From the NCBI GenBank assembly GCA_963707655.1, contig OY970172.1, positions 224,001-288,000 on the forward strand: DNA of 64,000 bases. The letters are read 5' to 3'. Shown here one piece after another: positions 1 to 9,223 of this stretch (its first letter is position 1; each line of letters opens with the position of its first letter). The notes below the pieces were generated by a model. It was not told the DNA's origin, searched no databases, and saw nothing but the letters and a program-made list of their open reading frames with translations. This stretch comes from an uncultured bacterium. GTDB lineage: Bacteria; Babelota; Babeliae; Babelales; Vermiphilaceae. Made by a program: the position numbers and the translations under genes.

Positions 1-538
1 TTGGCCTGTCTTTTAACGCTGCGCTATAAACAAAATAGCCTGTAGGGCACACAGGCAGCCCTTTATTTTTGATTAGGTAAGCATAAAAGGCCATTTGGCG
101 CTTGTGGCGTAAATTATTTTGATGTTTAGTATTTGTTTGGTCTTTAGCAGTCGCTTTATAGTCAACCACAATTAATTCACCATCAAAACTTATCCATAAG
201 TCATCAAGAACTCCCCAGAGCTCGATCCCGCTTTCTTTGTGCAGAAATCTAATGCCACCCTTTTCAAAATCACGCCATATTAATAAAATTTCGTGATTAA
301 AGGGAATAGCTTCAATATTATTAGCTGACATAATCGGATGGGGTTCTTGATTAATGCGATACGCGTCGAATTCCTTCTTCCAAAGATTATCCACGACATT
401 GCTAAGTGAGAAAAAATCTGAATCAAGACCAGGTCTTTTTTTCTTTAAAACCATGACCTTATAGAAACAACGACGACATTCAAAAAAAATATTAAGTCTA
501 GACCAGCTTAATGCTGACAAACATTTATTTTTATACAT
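1..538 (-). CDS. PD-(D/E)XK nuclease family protein (RecB/Cas4-like), 3' end runs off the window
   Basis: Hand translation from ATG at 538: MYKNKCLSALSWSRLNIFFECRRCFYK...WGVLDDLWISFDGELIVVDYKAT...KRQMAFYAYL. It has S-x-S...C-x-x-C, G-x-x-D, DYK and Q-x-x-x-Y motifs. Absent from the ORF track because no stop falls in the window. Confidence 0.75.
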   Translation of the reverse strand, partial: MYKNKCLSALSWSRLNIFFECRRCFYKVMVLKKKRPGLDSDFFSLSNVVDNLWKKEFDAYRINQEPHPIMSANNIEAIPFNHEILLIWRDFEKGGIRFLHKESGIELWGVLDDLWISFDGELIVVDYKATAKDQTNTKHQNNLRHKRQMAFYAYLIKNKGLPVCPTGYFVYSAALKDRP

Positions 539-614
539 GAAAATTGCACTTTATATATAAGAAGAGATAACCAATATCAAATATTAATAAAGTTATTATT
601 GGTATAGTCGATGA

Positions 615-1148
615 TTAAAAAGGCAAACCGCCTTGCTCTATAATAATTCGGCGTTTTTGTAAATAATCTGTAAATGAATCAATAAAGGGAATGAGACATT
701 CAGAATATTGCAACTTTATTGAAAGGTTAGTTTCCATCAAAGGTTTTTTAAAAATATTCTTTGTTTGAAATTCCATTTCTCCACAACGCTCTTCATCAGG
801 GATCATGAATAAGATAATTTCTTTTTCTTCTGCGATTAAAAACAAACGAAAATTTTTGGAGTTTTCATCAGATTCCCAAGATAAGTACCAATGCGTTTTT
901 GTGTAATAACCTAGAACTTCATAACCGATGTCTTTATGATAAGTTTCAGGATTTTTTTTATGAGATACTTCCACTTTTATTGCTTGAGATTTATATGGAA
1001 AATAAGCTCTGGCATTGTTTAAATCTTGTTCAAACTTACAAACTGAAGCAGATATAGAATCAAATATTGAAAAAAGAGATTTGGCTTCTTCCACAAGCTT
1101 TTGAATGGAAGAATCAACATTAAGAGGGTTTATTTTTTTTGTTTCCAT
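615..1148 (-). CDS. hypothetical protein
   Basis: 177-aa ORF, no recognisable motif. Confidence 0.55.
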   Translation of the reverse strand: METKKINPLNVDSSIQKLVEEAKSLFSIFDSISASVCKFEQDLNNARAYFPYKSQAIKVEVSHKKNPETYHKDIGYEVLGYYTKTHWYLSWESDENSKNFRLFLIAEEKEIILFMIPDEERCGEMEFQTKNIFKKPLMETNLSIKLQYSECLIPFIDSFTDYLQKRRIIIEQGGLPF

Positions 1149-1447
1149 GGGAAACCTTTCTTCAAAAAATAGATATAAAAAAATTAAACTATTGAGAGTT
1201 CCAACTCTCTTAATTGCTTGTTCCTCACAAGCTCAAGAACTATGATTCTAACTATAGGTCTTGGGAAACATTTTTAATTTGCTTATGTATTTAGCGGGAG
1301 GCTTCCACCTTTTAACTATCTGCATTTGCAAAACTTAAGGATGTCATGTGACTTTCTGCTTAAATATTCAGAAATCACAAAACTAAATTTACAGTAAAAG
1401 TGTATGCTTTTCAAGCTATTTTTTAATAGTTATAAGATTTTGTTTTC

Positions 1448-1475
1448 TTGCATTCTTCAACAAATTATTTATAAT
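1448..1475 (+). promoter_or_regulatory. sigma70-type promoter of rep module copy 1
   Basis: TTGCAT-16 nt-TATAAT. Copy 2 has TTGCAA-16-TATAAT at 22124-22151, with a more diverged spacer. Confidence 0.65.
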
Positions 1476-1519
1476 TTCCACAAAATGTAATGAATGTATC
1501 TGCATCCAAGGAGAGCAAC

Positions 1520-1618
1520 ATGAAATTCATCTTACCTATCAGGGCGCATAGCCTGATCGCATCCATCCACGAGCAAAGGCTCACGTATTGCGATGCATCA
1601 GACATGCTCGTGCAATAG
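1520..1618 (+). CDS. 32-aa leader peptide (small ORF)
   Basis: AAGGAG RBS, then MKFILPIRAHSLIASIHEQRLTYCDASDMLVQ*. Same length and frame in copy 2 (22195-22293). Confidence 0.45.
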   Translation: MKFILPIRAHSLIASIHEQRLTYCDASDMLVQ

Positions 1619-1708
1619 CATCCAATCCAAAACAATCCCTATTAATTTTTAAATATGTGCTGATCAAAAATCGGCATGATGATACCTGTGTATCCTTGAA
1701 AGTTTTTT

Positions 1709-2032
1709 ATGATGGTAAGAAAAGTACCTGTTAAAGTTGTTCTTAACGCCGAAGATCGTAATAGGCTTGTTGCCTTCTTCTTGTTGCTTGCCGAAATGAA
1801 TAAAGAAGTAAACGGTAATAACAAGAAAACTAAAAAAGCAAAAACAAAGCCAAAAGATCAAACTAAAATAACCTCCATCTGGGGTGGGGCCTGCCTTAAA
1901 AGCAGGTCTTTTTATTTCCTTACAACTCCTGTATCTTTAAGGGCGGCCCATATAGCTAGCACCCGTAAAAGGTACATCAATGATCGACACAGTTGTTTTA
2001 ACACTCGGCTCGGATATATTCAGCATCATTAA
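1709..2032 (+). CDS. small basic protein upstream of and overlapping rep
   Basis: Lys-rich 107-aa ORF conserved with 22384-22752. Confidence 0.5.
   Translation: MMVRKVPVKVVLNAEDRNRLVAFFLLLAEMNKEVNGNNKKTKKAKTKPKDQTKITSIWGGACLKSRSFYFLTTPVSLRAAHIASTRKRYINDRHSCFNTRLGYIQHH
1888..1913 (+). terminator. terminator/attenuator-like hairpin just upstream of rep
   Basis: GGCCTGC-CTTAAAA-GCAGGTC-TTTTT. Also present at 22566-22591. Confidence 0.5.
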
Positions 2033-3161
2033 CCCAGATGCCTTCACTCCATCGGCCCACTGGGCATTGCCTAACGCAGCCCTTGCTCAGGCGGCCATCC
2101 AATCAAAGCAAAACCCAACCAAAAAAGAATTATTTGCCGGCATTTACAAGCCACGGCTCACATTAGCGCGCCGCATCAACTTGCATGGCCGCAGTGAGAT
2201 TATGCTTAAAATTGAATTGTCTTTGCCCAAGCTCTTTTTCGGCAATAATTTTGATGAGCTGCGCCTGAAAGATTTTAAACCGCTTATGCAAAAATTAGTT
2301 ATCATGTTGGAAGGCATGGGTGTTCGGATTACCGCTGCCGATCTTGCGCGGGCAGACGTACTGGCCGTCCATTACTCCAAAAATATAGCTCTCACGGATG
2401 GCTCAACTCCATACCATTACATCACCAAAATAAAAGAAGCCAACATCAAGTTATCGCTGGACACCAACCAAACGGATTACCGCAATGAAGGCCATAGCTA
2501 CAAATGGCACTGTAACTCATATGAGGTGGTATTTTATGATAAAATTCGCGATCTGGAAAAAGCAAAAAAGAGCGAAAAGCGCGCACTGGAAAAAGATAGC
2601 GCATTGCAGCTAAATTTGTTTGATACATTGCAAAAAAGACAGAAGCTGGAAATATTGCGCATGGAAGTTCGTTTAAATAAGCGGCAGAAAATAAAAACAC
2701 TTTTGCAAGCACTCAAGATTAAGCCCATCCTCACCTTGCAGGGTCTATTTAAAGCGGCCATATCAAAAAAGGTATTATTGCATTACTTGGATGAATTGGA
2801 GCGTAAGAGAAGCCCGTTGCTTGATTACAAGGCAACTGACAAGGGATTGTTAACCGCTTTGATATTTAATAATCCGGAGCTCGGCCCCAAACAGATTTTA
2901 CAATTGTATGGATTAAAGAAAGCGCTGGAACTGGTGGATGCTCGGGAGCTGAGAGTGATGTTTGCCAAATACAATGCGCGCAGCTGGTATCGGCTCATGG
3001 CTGATGCAAAAGTCCACAGTAACGAGTTCACTTGCGGGCATCAGATTGCGTTCTTCAAGAACCTCAACAGCACATTTCATGGTAGCAGGGTAGTAGAGGG
3101 GAAGGCGGCGTACAATAGTGTGCGACAGATAAGGATGGCTGTCCTGTTCAATAGTGGATAA
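1980..3161 (+). pseudogene. phage/plasmid replication protein (gene II/X-like), C-terminus lost and fused to unrelated sequence
   Basis: Near-identical to 22658-23782 up to ...LMADA. It then reads into the antisense strand of the oxidase gene. Confidence 0.7.
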
Positions 3162-3704
3162 AGTTTGATAGGTGGCAAGACTGAGTCGTAGACGCCGAAG
3201 GCCTTCAGCAGATTTTTCTGTGCCGACACCCGGATCAAAAAAACCTCCCGCGCGCCAGGATGGAATATTGTATTGTTCTTTACTGGATATGCTTATGTTG
3301 GTAAAGCCGCGCTGAAAAAGTTCAGTTGCCATGGTAAGACCCATGCAGCCGGAGCCAATAACTTTTATGGCAGATTGTTTATCAAGATTTTTTGCTGACA
3401 AGAGCCCAATCGCTTCTTCAATAGAGCCAAAGAGTGTGGTAAAGCCGGCGCCACCGTGTCCATAGCAATGGACAATTGTTTTATTATCAGTGGTTTCATC
3501 TAATGAGATATTAATGCCTCCAGTGCGCCGCGGCCTATCGCAAAATGCAGTTGCTGCAATGGCGGTGGCATCAAAACAAGGAGGGCGCAGGCAAACAGTG
3601 CGGGGCGTAGAAAGTTGTTTGAGGAGATTTTCTTGTTGCTCTGCCGACAGAATCTGCGATGCAATGAGAGATACAGCGAATAGCGTTATGTGTATGTGTT
3701 TCAT
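3011..3704 (-). pseudogene. FAD-dependent oxidoreductase (D-amino-acid oxidase family), 3'-truncated
   Basis: HCYGHGGAGFT and VIGSGCMGL motifs plus a signal peptide. After ...VTVDF the ORF runs into antisense rep sequence (ORF track 2913-3704). Confidence 0.7.
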
Positions 3705-3846
3705 AGATGACCCGGTTTGTTATAAAGTGGCTCAATTTTTTTTCTCTAGTGTATCAATACTGCTTGTTTGAGCAAACTATGAGAAGAAGAGGGTGCGCTA
3801 GTAAAGAGGCTCTTTTTTTTATTAACGAGGGCTTAGCGCAAAAACA

Positions 3847-3873
3847 AAGGCCTCAGAAGTAATCCGAGGCCTT
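3847..3873. terminator. intrinsic terminator
   Basis: AAAGGCCTC-loop-GAGGCCTTT downstream of the MutS-like gene. Confidence 0.55.
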
Positions 3874-3908
3874 TATAAGAAGATCTTAGTGTAATAGAAT
3901 CTGCACGA

Positions 3909-5642
3909 TTATTCGAATAATCCGGCTTCTCTGGCGAGGTCTAACGCAACGTTAGCATCGCTCGCTCCTTGACTCAAGGTAAATGGATATACCAATTTAC
4001 CGGCATCATTTTTTGTTGGCGCATCAACTTTATAATTCATGCAGGTAGCATTATCGGTGCCAAGCTCTTTGACTTTAGCAAAGTGGGTTGCATATATGAA
4101 CAGAACATCATCGAATGTTGATATTTTCTTCACGAATTCATACGCGCATACTTCCCCATCTTCAGCAACGGTTCCGGTGAACAATTCATCAAGCGCAAAA
4201 AAGAATTTTTTACCTGTCTCTAAAGATTTAATTTTCTCCAATATCTCTTGAGCTCTTTTCAATTCCGATGCAAATAATGAAAGGCCATTAATAAGATCAT
4301 CGGATATGTTCAGGTAAGAATGAATCGCATCAAACATAGTGTATTCAAACTCTTCCGCTGCCGCTACACCAAAACATTGTCCCAAGACCACATTTTGCAA
4401 GAGTGCTCTGATTGAAGTTGTTTTTCCACCTTTATTTGGTCCGGTTAATAAAACATTTTTATTTTCAGAAATGGTATTGACGACCGGACTTTGCACCAAT
4501 ATGTTCCAGAAGCCTTTAGCATGTATCGACGGTTTTGCATCATCTACAAAGTTAACAAAACAGAATTTATTATTTTCATTGTGCGATGAAACTATTTTGG
4601 AGGCCAATGCATTATAGGCGTCAAGTTCTGCTATACACGCAAATACTTTGGCAAGATGGTTTTTTTGTTGGTACAAAGAATACAAAAATGTATGTACGGA
4701 TGGGGTTAAAAATAGTTTAGTATTCTTGTCTTGATAGCGTGCATGTTTTAAGCCTTCTATTAATGAAAGGCCATCAGCATCTTTAATTTCACTTATATTA
4801 AATTGATTTTTCACGCCATAATCAGCGCACAGTGTTTCAATTTTTTCAGCAACGGTAATTAACTGATTCAAGGCATGCATCTTTGTTCGTTTTTCTGACG
4901 CAGTTGAGTAATCTTTATATGCCCCATAGAGAGAAGCACCAGTTGCTACGCCCATGTAGGCCGCCACGAATGCATAAACGGCACTTGGGAACTGTTCTAC
5001 CTGAAATATCTTTGCGTATGCATCGATCACTCGCCCGGGCTTAACCATTCCATAAGCACTCGCTGGAACGCTTAGTAAATTAAGAGCAGTGGAAACAGAT
5101 TTTGCTGTGGGATTGAATGTCATAAACTCAAAAATAGGGTATAGGCCGGGATTCTGTTTTTGAATTAACTCCAAATTAGTGAGTTCAGGACAAGTTTTCC
5201 CTTTGAAAAAATCTGACAGTAGTTTAATAACTTCTTGTTCTGCCTCTTTGGCAATTTTAAGAAATTGTTCAACTTCTTTTTTAAAATCAGGATTTTCTAC
5301 CAGAGCTTTGATAGCGTTTTGTCTTGGCAAGAGTACAGAATTTTTATCTTGCACGCTTACCGGGTTTTTCAAAGTTTCTTCGATAAAAGATTTGCCCATT
5401 AATGTATGGCAGCCCAGAGCTTCTGCCATTTGAGCAATGTTGAGATCATGAGCGATATTTTGCGTCTCCGCATACTTGATATTTTTCTTATTATAAGCGG
5501 CAATTCCGGTATCTTCATTCGCCATGATGTTTACGAGCTTTGCTTTGCCTGAGTCGTAATTTTCGACAGTCTCGGTGGCTGCAGAAGTGGTAAATACAAA
5601 AATAGACAAAAGTAGTAATAATCTGTTGCGTTGGATAATCAT
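3909..5642 (-). CDS. MutS domain V-containing ATPase (MutS-related) with N-terminal signal peptide
   Basis: LLTGPNKGGKTT Walker A, SLFASE, LDELFTGT Walker B and ATHF. No mismatch-binding N-terminal domains are recognisable. Confidence 0.85.
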   Translation of the reverse strand: MIIQRNRLLLLLSIFVFTTSAATETVENYDSGKAKLVNIMANEDTGIAAYNKKNIKYAETQNIAHDLNIAQMAEALGCHTLMGKSFIEETLKNPVSVQDKNSVLLPRQNAIKALVENPDFKKEVEQFLKIAKEAEQEVIKLLSDFFKGKTCPELTNLELIQKQNPGLYPIFEFMTFNPTAKSVSTALNLLSVPASAYGMVKPGRVIDAYAKIFQVEQFPSAVYAFVAAYMGVATGASLYGAYKDYSTASEKRTKMHALNQLITVAEKIETLCADYGVKNQFNISEIKDADGLSLIEGLKHARYQDKNTKLFLTPSVHTFLYSLYQQKNHLAKVFACIAELDAYNALASKIVSSHNENNKFCFVNFVDDAKPSIHAKGFWNILVQSPVVNTISENKNVLLTGPNKGGKTTSIRALLQNVVLGQCFGVAAAEEFEYTMFDAIHSYLNISDDLINGLSLFASELKRAQEILEKIKSLETGKKFFFALDELFTGTVAEDGEVCAYEFVKKISTFDDVLFIYATHFAKVKELGTDNATCMNYKVDAPTKNDAGKLVYPFTLSQGASDANVALDLAREAGLFE

Positions 5643-5698
5643 TTTTTCCCCTAAAATAGAATAAAATTAATAATTAAAGTTTTTTTAGTCGAATCGGT

Positions 5699-6406
5699 TT
5701 ATATCGCTTTTTCATATTGAACGATTTCCATTGCAATCATATGCGCTGGTTGAATTGAAGATTGTATAAAACCTTCAGATTCATAGAGCCTTCTTGCCCC
5801 GTCATTATTGGCATTGACATCAAGATCAACACGTGTAATGGTTGGCCATTGCTGCTTAATGGCCTGTATTGCATTTTGAATTAAGGTTCTACCATGTCCT
5901 TGTCGTCTGAAATGCTTAGAAATAGCCAAGGCCTCGATTTTTGCAAATGAATCACATTCCGCATCAGTTCTTTTTAAATGGGGCATAGCGATTGAGAATT
6001 GTTCTTCGTTCCACGGCAGTCCATGGGACTCAGCAAGCTTCTTTAATGACTCAAGACTTTGCTCTTGGGTTTTGAAAAAAGCACAAAATCCGGCAACTTC
6101 TGCAGAATTTGTTATAACTTTTTTCATTTTAAGTGGCTCGTTTAACATTGCTTCCATACCATTTTTATTTTCAGTCTCGAATTGCTCCAATGTCCAAATA
6201 CCATTGGTTACTAAATTGCTTCCCCCAAAGAACTTCAACGGGTCATGAAAGGCGATATCCATTACTGCATTTTTATGTGATGCATCATAATCAACGATAC
6301 GAATTCCTTGATCTTCGGCGCAAAAAGTAGTTGAAACTAAAATGGAAGTAGTGATAAATATAAAACTAGACAAAAGTAATGATAATCTGTTGCGTCGGAT
6401 AATCAT
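5699..6406 (-). CDS. GNAT family N-acetyltransferase with signal peptide
   Basis: FRRQGHGRTL acetyl-CoA motif and N-x-x-A-x-x-LYESEGF. Confidence 0.8.
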   Translation of the reverse strand: MIIRRNRLSLLLSSFIFITTSILVSTTFCAEDQGIRIVDYDASHKNAVMDIAFHDPLKFFGGSNLVTNGIWTLEQFETENKNGMEAMLNEPLKMKKVITNSAEVAGFCAFFKTQEQSLESLKKLAESHGLPWNEEQFSIAMPHLKRTDAECDSFAKIEALAISKHFRRQGHGRTLIQNAIQAIKQQWPTITRVDLDVNANNDGARRLYESEGFIQSSIQPAHMIAMEIVQYEKAI

Positions 6407-6626
6407 TTTCCCCCCAAAAGTAGAATTAATTAAAAATTATTATATGTTCCTAGTTTGCTTATTATTACATCTCTTTTTTATAGTGGATTGCCGCATGATG
6501 CGGCGTGAATTGAAGATGGCTAAAAGAGCATCTTTTTTTATAGGAATCCCCCCTAAAAAATAATTCAATTAATCCTTAAATTCAATAGTATAACCTCATC
6601 CCTGATCTGTCTATCTGAAAGGCAGG

Positions 6627-6655
6627 GGTTTTAGACGTATATACGGTCTAAAACC
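6627..6655. terminator. palindromic hairpin, probable terminator
   Basis: GGTTTTAGAC-GTATATACG-GTCTAAAACC directly downstream of 6675-7454. Confidence 0.5.
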
Positions 6656-6674
6656 GATATGAAGCATTTAAGTA

Positions 6675-7454
6675 CTATGATGATTTATTATCATAGTTTG
6701 CATATTTTGCCGTAATAGCTTTCATATCCTCCGTCATTTCTCTCAATTCCGGAGCATATTTACATATCAATTCATTGGTTGCGCTGAGGTAATCTGCAGA
6801 ATCTTTATTAAAGTTATATTTTTCTGCCAAGAGCTGTGCTTCGTGTAGGTATTCAGGATTATCCATTAATTGTACAAAAAGTTGTTGGGAATCACGGTGT
6901 TTTTTAAAATGTGCCGCAAAGTCCGCTTCCATTGCCTTTTGCTGCTGTGGACTCAGATCTGGCACAGCAAGGTTATTTCTGCCATTAAAAGTCGCCATCT
7001 TTTCTTCTAGAGCGATGAGCTCGGGAGAAAATTTATTTCTCAATGCTTCATAAGCTTCCATGTATTCAGGAGACATTGGGCGATCTGCGTACTGTTTCGC
7101 CAGCTGCTTAAGCTCTTCTAAAAAATCAGGATTGTTATGCAGATTACTGAATAGCTCTTGATACTTTTTACCGAGGTCACTGAGCTCTTTTTCAAGCTTT
7201 TCTTCTGTGTTTTTATCTATATTTTTGTACTTTTTAATGGCTTCTTTCGCGCTGGCTTCGATACGCGCCTGCTCATTGGTAAAAGGCTCATGCACTTTTT
7301 CCGATTCCACCCGTACCTGAGGGGTAAGAATTATAGATTTGCCATCAGTTTTGATTTTTAGGACCGAACCTTCTTCGATATCCAAAAGCTCCAAAATCGC
7401 CTTATCAAAGATAAGTGCGTTACTATTTCCATATTTAACTAACTTTTTTAGCAT
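6675..7454 (-). CDS. AbrB/MazE/SpoVT-type DNA-binding domain protein with long helical C-terminal extension
   Basis: N-terminus KLVKYGNSNALIFDKAILELLDI...KIKTDGKSIILTP fits the swapped-hairpin family. Confidence 0.7.
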   Translation of the reverse strand: MLKKLVKYGNSNALIFDKAILELLDIEEGSVLKIKTDGKSIILTPQVRVESEKVHEPFTNEQARIEASAKEAIKKYKNIDKNTEEKLEKELSDLGKKYQELFSNLHNNPDFLEELKQLAKQYADRPMSPEYMEAYEALRNKFSPELIALEEKMATFNGRNNLAVPDLSPQQQKAMEADFAAHFKKHRDSQQLFVQLMDNPEYLHEAQLLAEKYNFNKDSADYLSATNELICKYAPELREMTEDMKAITAKYANYDNKSS

Positions 7455-7611
7455 ATTCGCCCCCGCTAAGAGTTGTTTTTATTGTACAACGTTATAACAA
7501 AGTATATACGGTGTTATATAATAATCAAGTGCTTTGTACAATATTTTTCAAGAAAAGATGAAAAAGGCCAAAAAAAGTGCGATAGGGGTATAAATAGGAT
7601 ACAAAGATGAT

Positions 7612-8958
7612 TTAATCCAAGTCAAAGGAGTCTTGATACTTTGGAATCACGACCGACCATCCAAAGCGCTCTTCTATCTTTTGCTTTAATGCTTGGGCAG
7701 CATCAAGCTCACCATGGGTAATAAATACTTTTTTGGGAGCGGTTTGAAAATAGCTTAGCCACTCTATGAGCTCTTGAGAATCAGCATGTGCAGAAAATTC
7801 GCGTATTGTTTTTATTTCTGCGCGCACCGTGTACATGGTGTTCCATATCATTATTTCTTTTGCTCCATTGACCAAGGCCCGCCCCAAGGTGCCCGTTGCT
7901 TGATACCCTACAAAAGCTATGGTGTTTTTGGCATCTGAAACAAAATTTTGCAAATGGTAGAGCATTCGTCCACCGCTTGCCATGCCGCTGCCGGCGATAA
8001 TTATTGCGGGTTGTTTTATATGATCAAGTTTTTTTGATTCCTCGCCGGTACGGGTAAAGGTGGCGAGTCCGCATATTTTTTTACACTCAGATTCTGAGAT
8101 TTTATATTCATCAGCAAACTGGCAAAATAAATCAGTAATTTTTATGGCTGTCGGGCTATCTAAGAAAATAGGAACAGGCGGAATAATGTTTTTTTCTTTT
8201 AATTGATACAGGCAATACAGAATGGTTTGCGTACGCATTGCTGCAAAAGCGGGTATTACCAGCACTCCCCCTTTTTTCATCGTCTCGTTAACTATTTCGC
8301 CCAACTCTTTGATAGGATCACCTGTTTCATGCACTCTGTTGCCGTATGTTGACTCAAGAACTAAAAAATCAGTTTCTTTCAGATGCGGCGGAGATTTGAG
8401 AATAAGTTGATGATCGTTTCCCAGATCGCCTGAAAAGGTCAATTTCTGCTTGCCATCAGATATGATAACAAACGCCGACCCAAGAATATGACTCGATCTG
8501 ATAAGAGTAACCTGCAATCCTTGAATGTTCACCACCGTATCATAATCAGTAGGCTTAAAAAATTTTAATGAGTTTTCTGCGTCACGCCGTGTGTATAAGG
8601 GTTGCACGGGGGCATGCTGAAAATCGCTTTTTGCCCGGGCGTCTTCTTCTTGCAGGTTTCCGCTATCGGTTAATATTATAGCAGTCAGCTCATAGGTAGC
8701 TTGTGAGCAGTATATCGTCCCCTTAAAACCATTTTTGACCAGTAACGGTATATACCCAGTGTGATCTAGATGGGCGTGAGTGAGCACCAGCGCATCAATG
8801 CTTGACGGTGCTACGGGAAATTGGTCCCAATTGTGCTTGGTGAGTTCTCTGCTTCCTTGAAACAGGCCACAATCAACTAAAATTTTTACCTTTTCATGTT
8901 CAACAAGATATTTTGAACCGGTTACTTCTTGTGTGGCACCCAAAAAAGTTATTTTCAT
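7612..8958 (-). CDS. MBL-fold beta-CASP ribonuclease (RNA specificity domain)
   Basis: MKITFLGA...VTGS, LTHAHLDH, HILGS, FSGDLG, ESTYG, AGSGMASGGR and FSAHAD. Confidence 0.9.
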   Translation of the reverse strand: MKITFLGATQEVTGSKYLVEHEKVKILVDCGLFQGSRELTKHNWDQFPVAPSSIDALVLTHAHLDHTGYIPLLVKNGFKGTIYCSQATYELTAIILTDSGNLQEEDARAKSDFQHAPVQPLYTRRDAENSLKFFKPTDYDTVVNIQGLQVTLIRSSHILGSAFVIISDGKQKLTFSGDLGNDHQLILKSPPHLKETDFLVLESTYGNRVHETGDPIKELGEIVNETMKKGGVLVIPAFAAMRTQTILYCLYQLKEKNIIPPVPIFLDSPTAIKITDLFCQFADEYKISESECKKICGLATFTRTGEESKKLDHIKQPAIIIAGSGMASGGRMLYHLQNFVSDAKNTIAFVGYQATGTLGRALVNGAKEIMIWNTMYTVRAEIKTIREFSAHADSQELIEWLSYFQTAPKKVFITHGELDAAQALKQKIEERFGWSVVIPKYQDSFDLD

Positions 8959-9223
8959 TACTCGTGCTCTCTTTTTTATTATTATTGGCATTTCATATAA
9001 TTAGTGCTGACATTCACATCAGTTCAGCTATCTTCAATGCACTGTAACACAAAAGCATGCTTGATTTACAACATCGTGCATGCTTTTATGCATTTTATTC
9101 TACCTGCAGGCAGAAAGATCTTGGTTGACGCTATCGATGATCCTTGAGTACATTAAATAGCTATACGGGGGTTATAACAGATCAAGAGGGGGATCACTAA
9201 TCATAAAAAAAGAGTACATAGAG

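Larger units (their letters stand above)
1441..3010 (+). mobile_element. truncated copy of the replication module (promoter, leader ORFs, rep) of the element at 20946-28206
   Basis: Colinear high nucleotide similarity to about 22117-23688. Similarity ends abruptly after GCTGATGCAAA at 3010. Confidence 0.85.

Noticed and set aside
1520..1700. Retron msr-msd
   Set aside because: There is no reverse transcriptase in the window, and the downstream protein lacks a YxDD motif in RT context.
2913..3161. Genuine antisense overlap of rep and the oxidase
   Set aside because: Explained by the deletion junction at 3010.
5699..7454. AbrB-GNAT toxin-antitoxin pair
   Set aside because: The genes are 268 bp apart with a hairpin between them, and the GNAT has its own leader and signal peptide.
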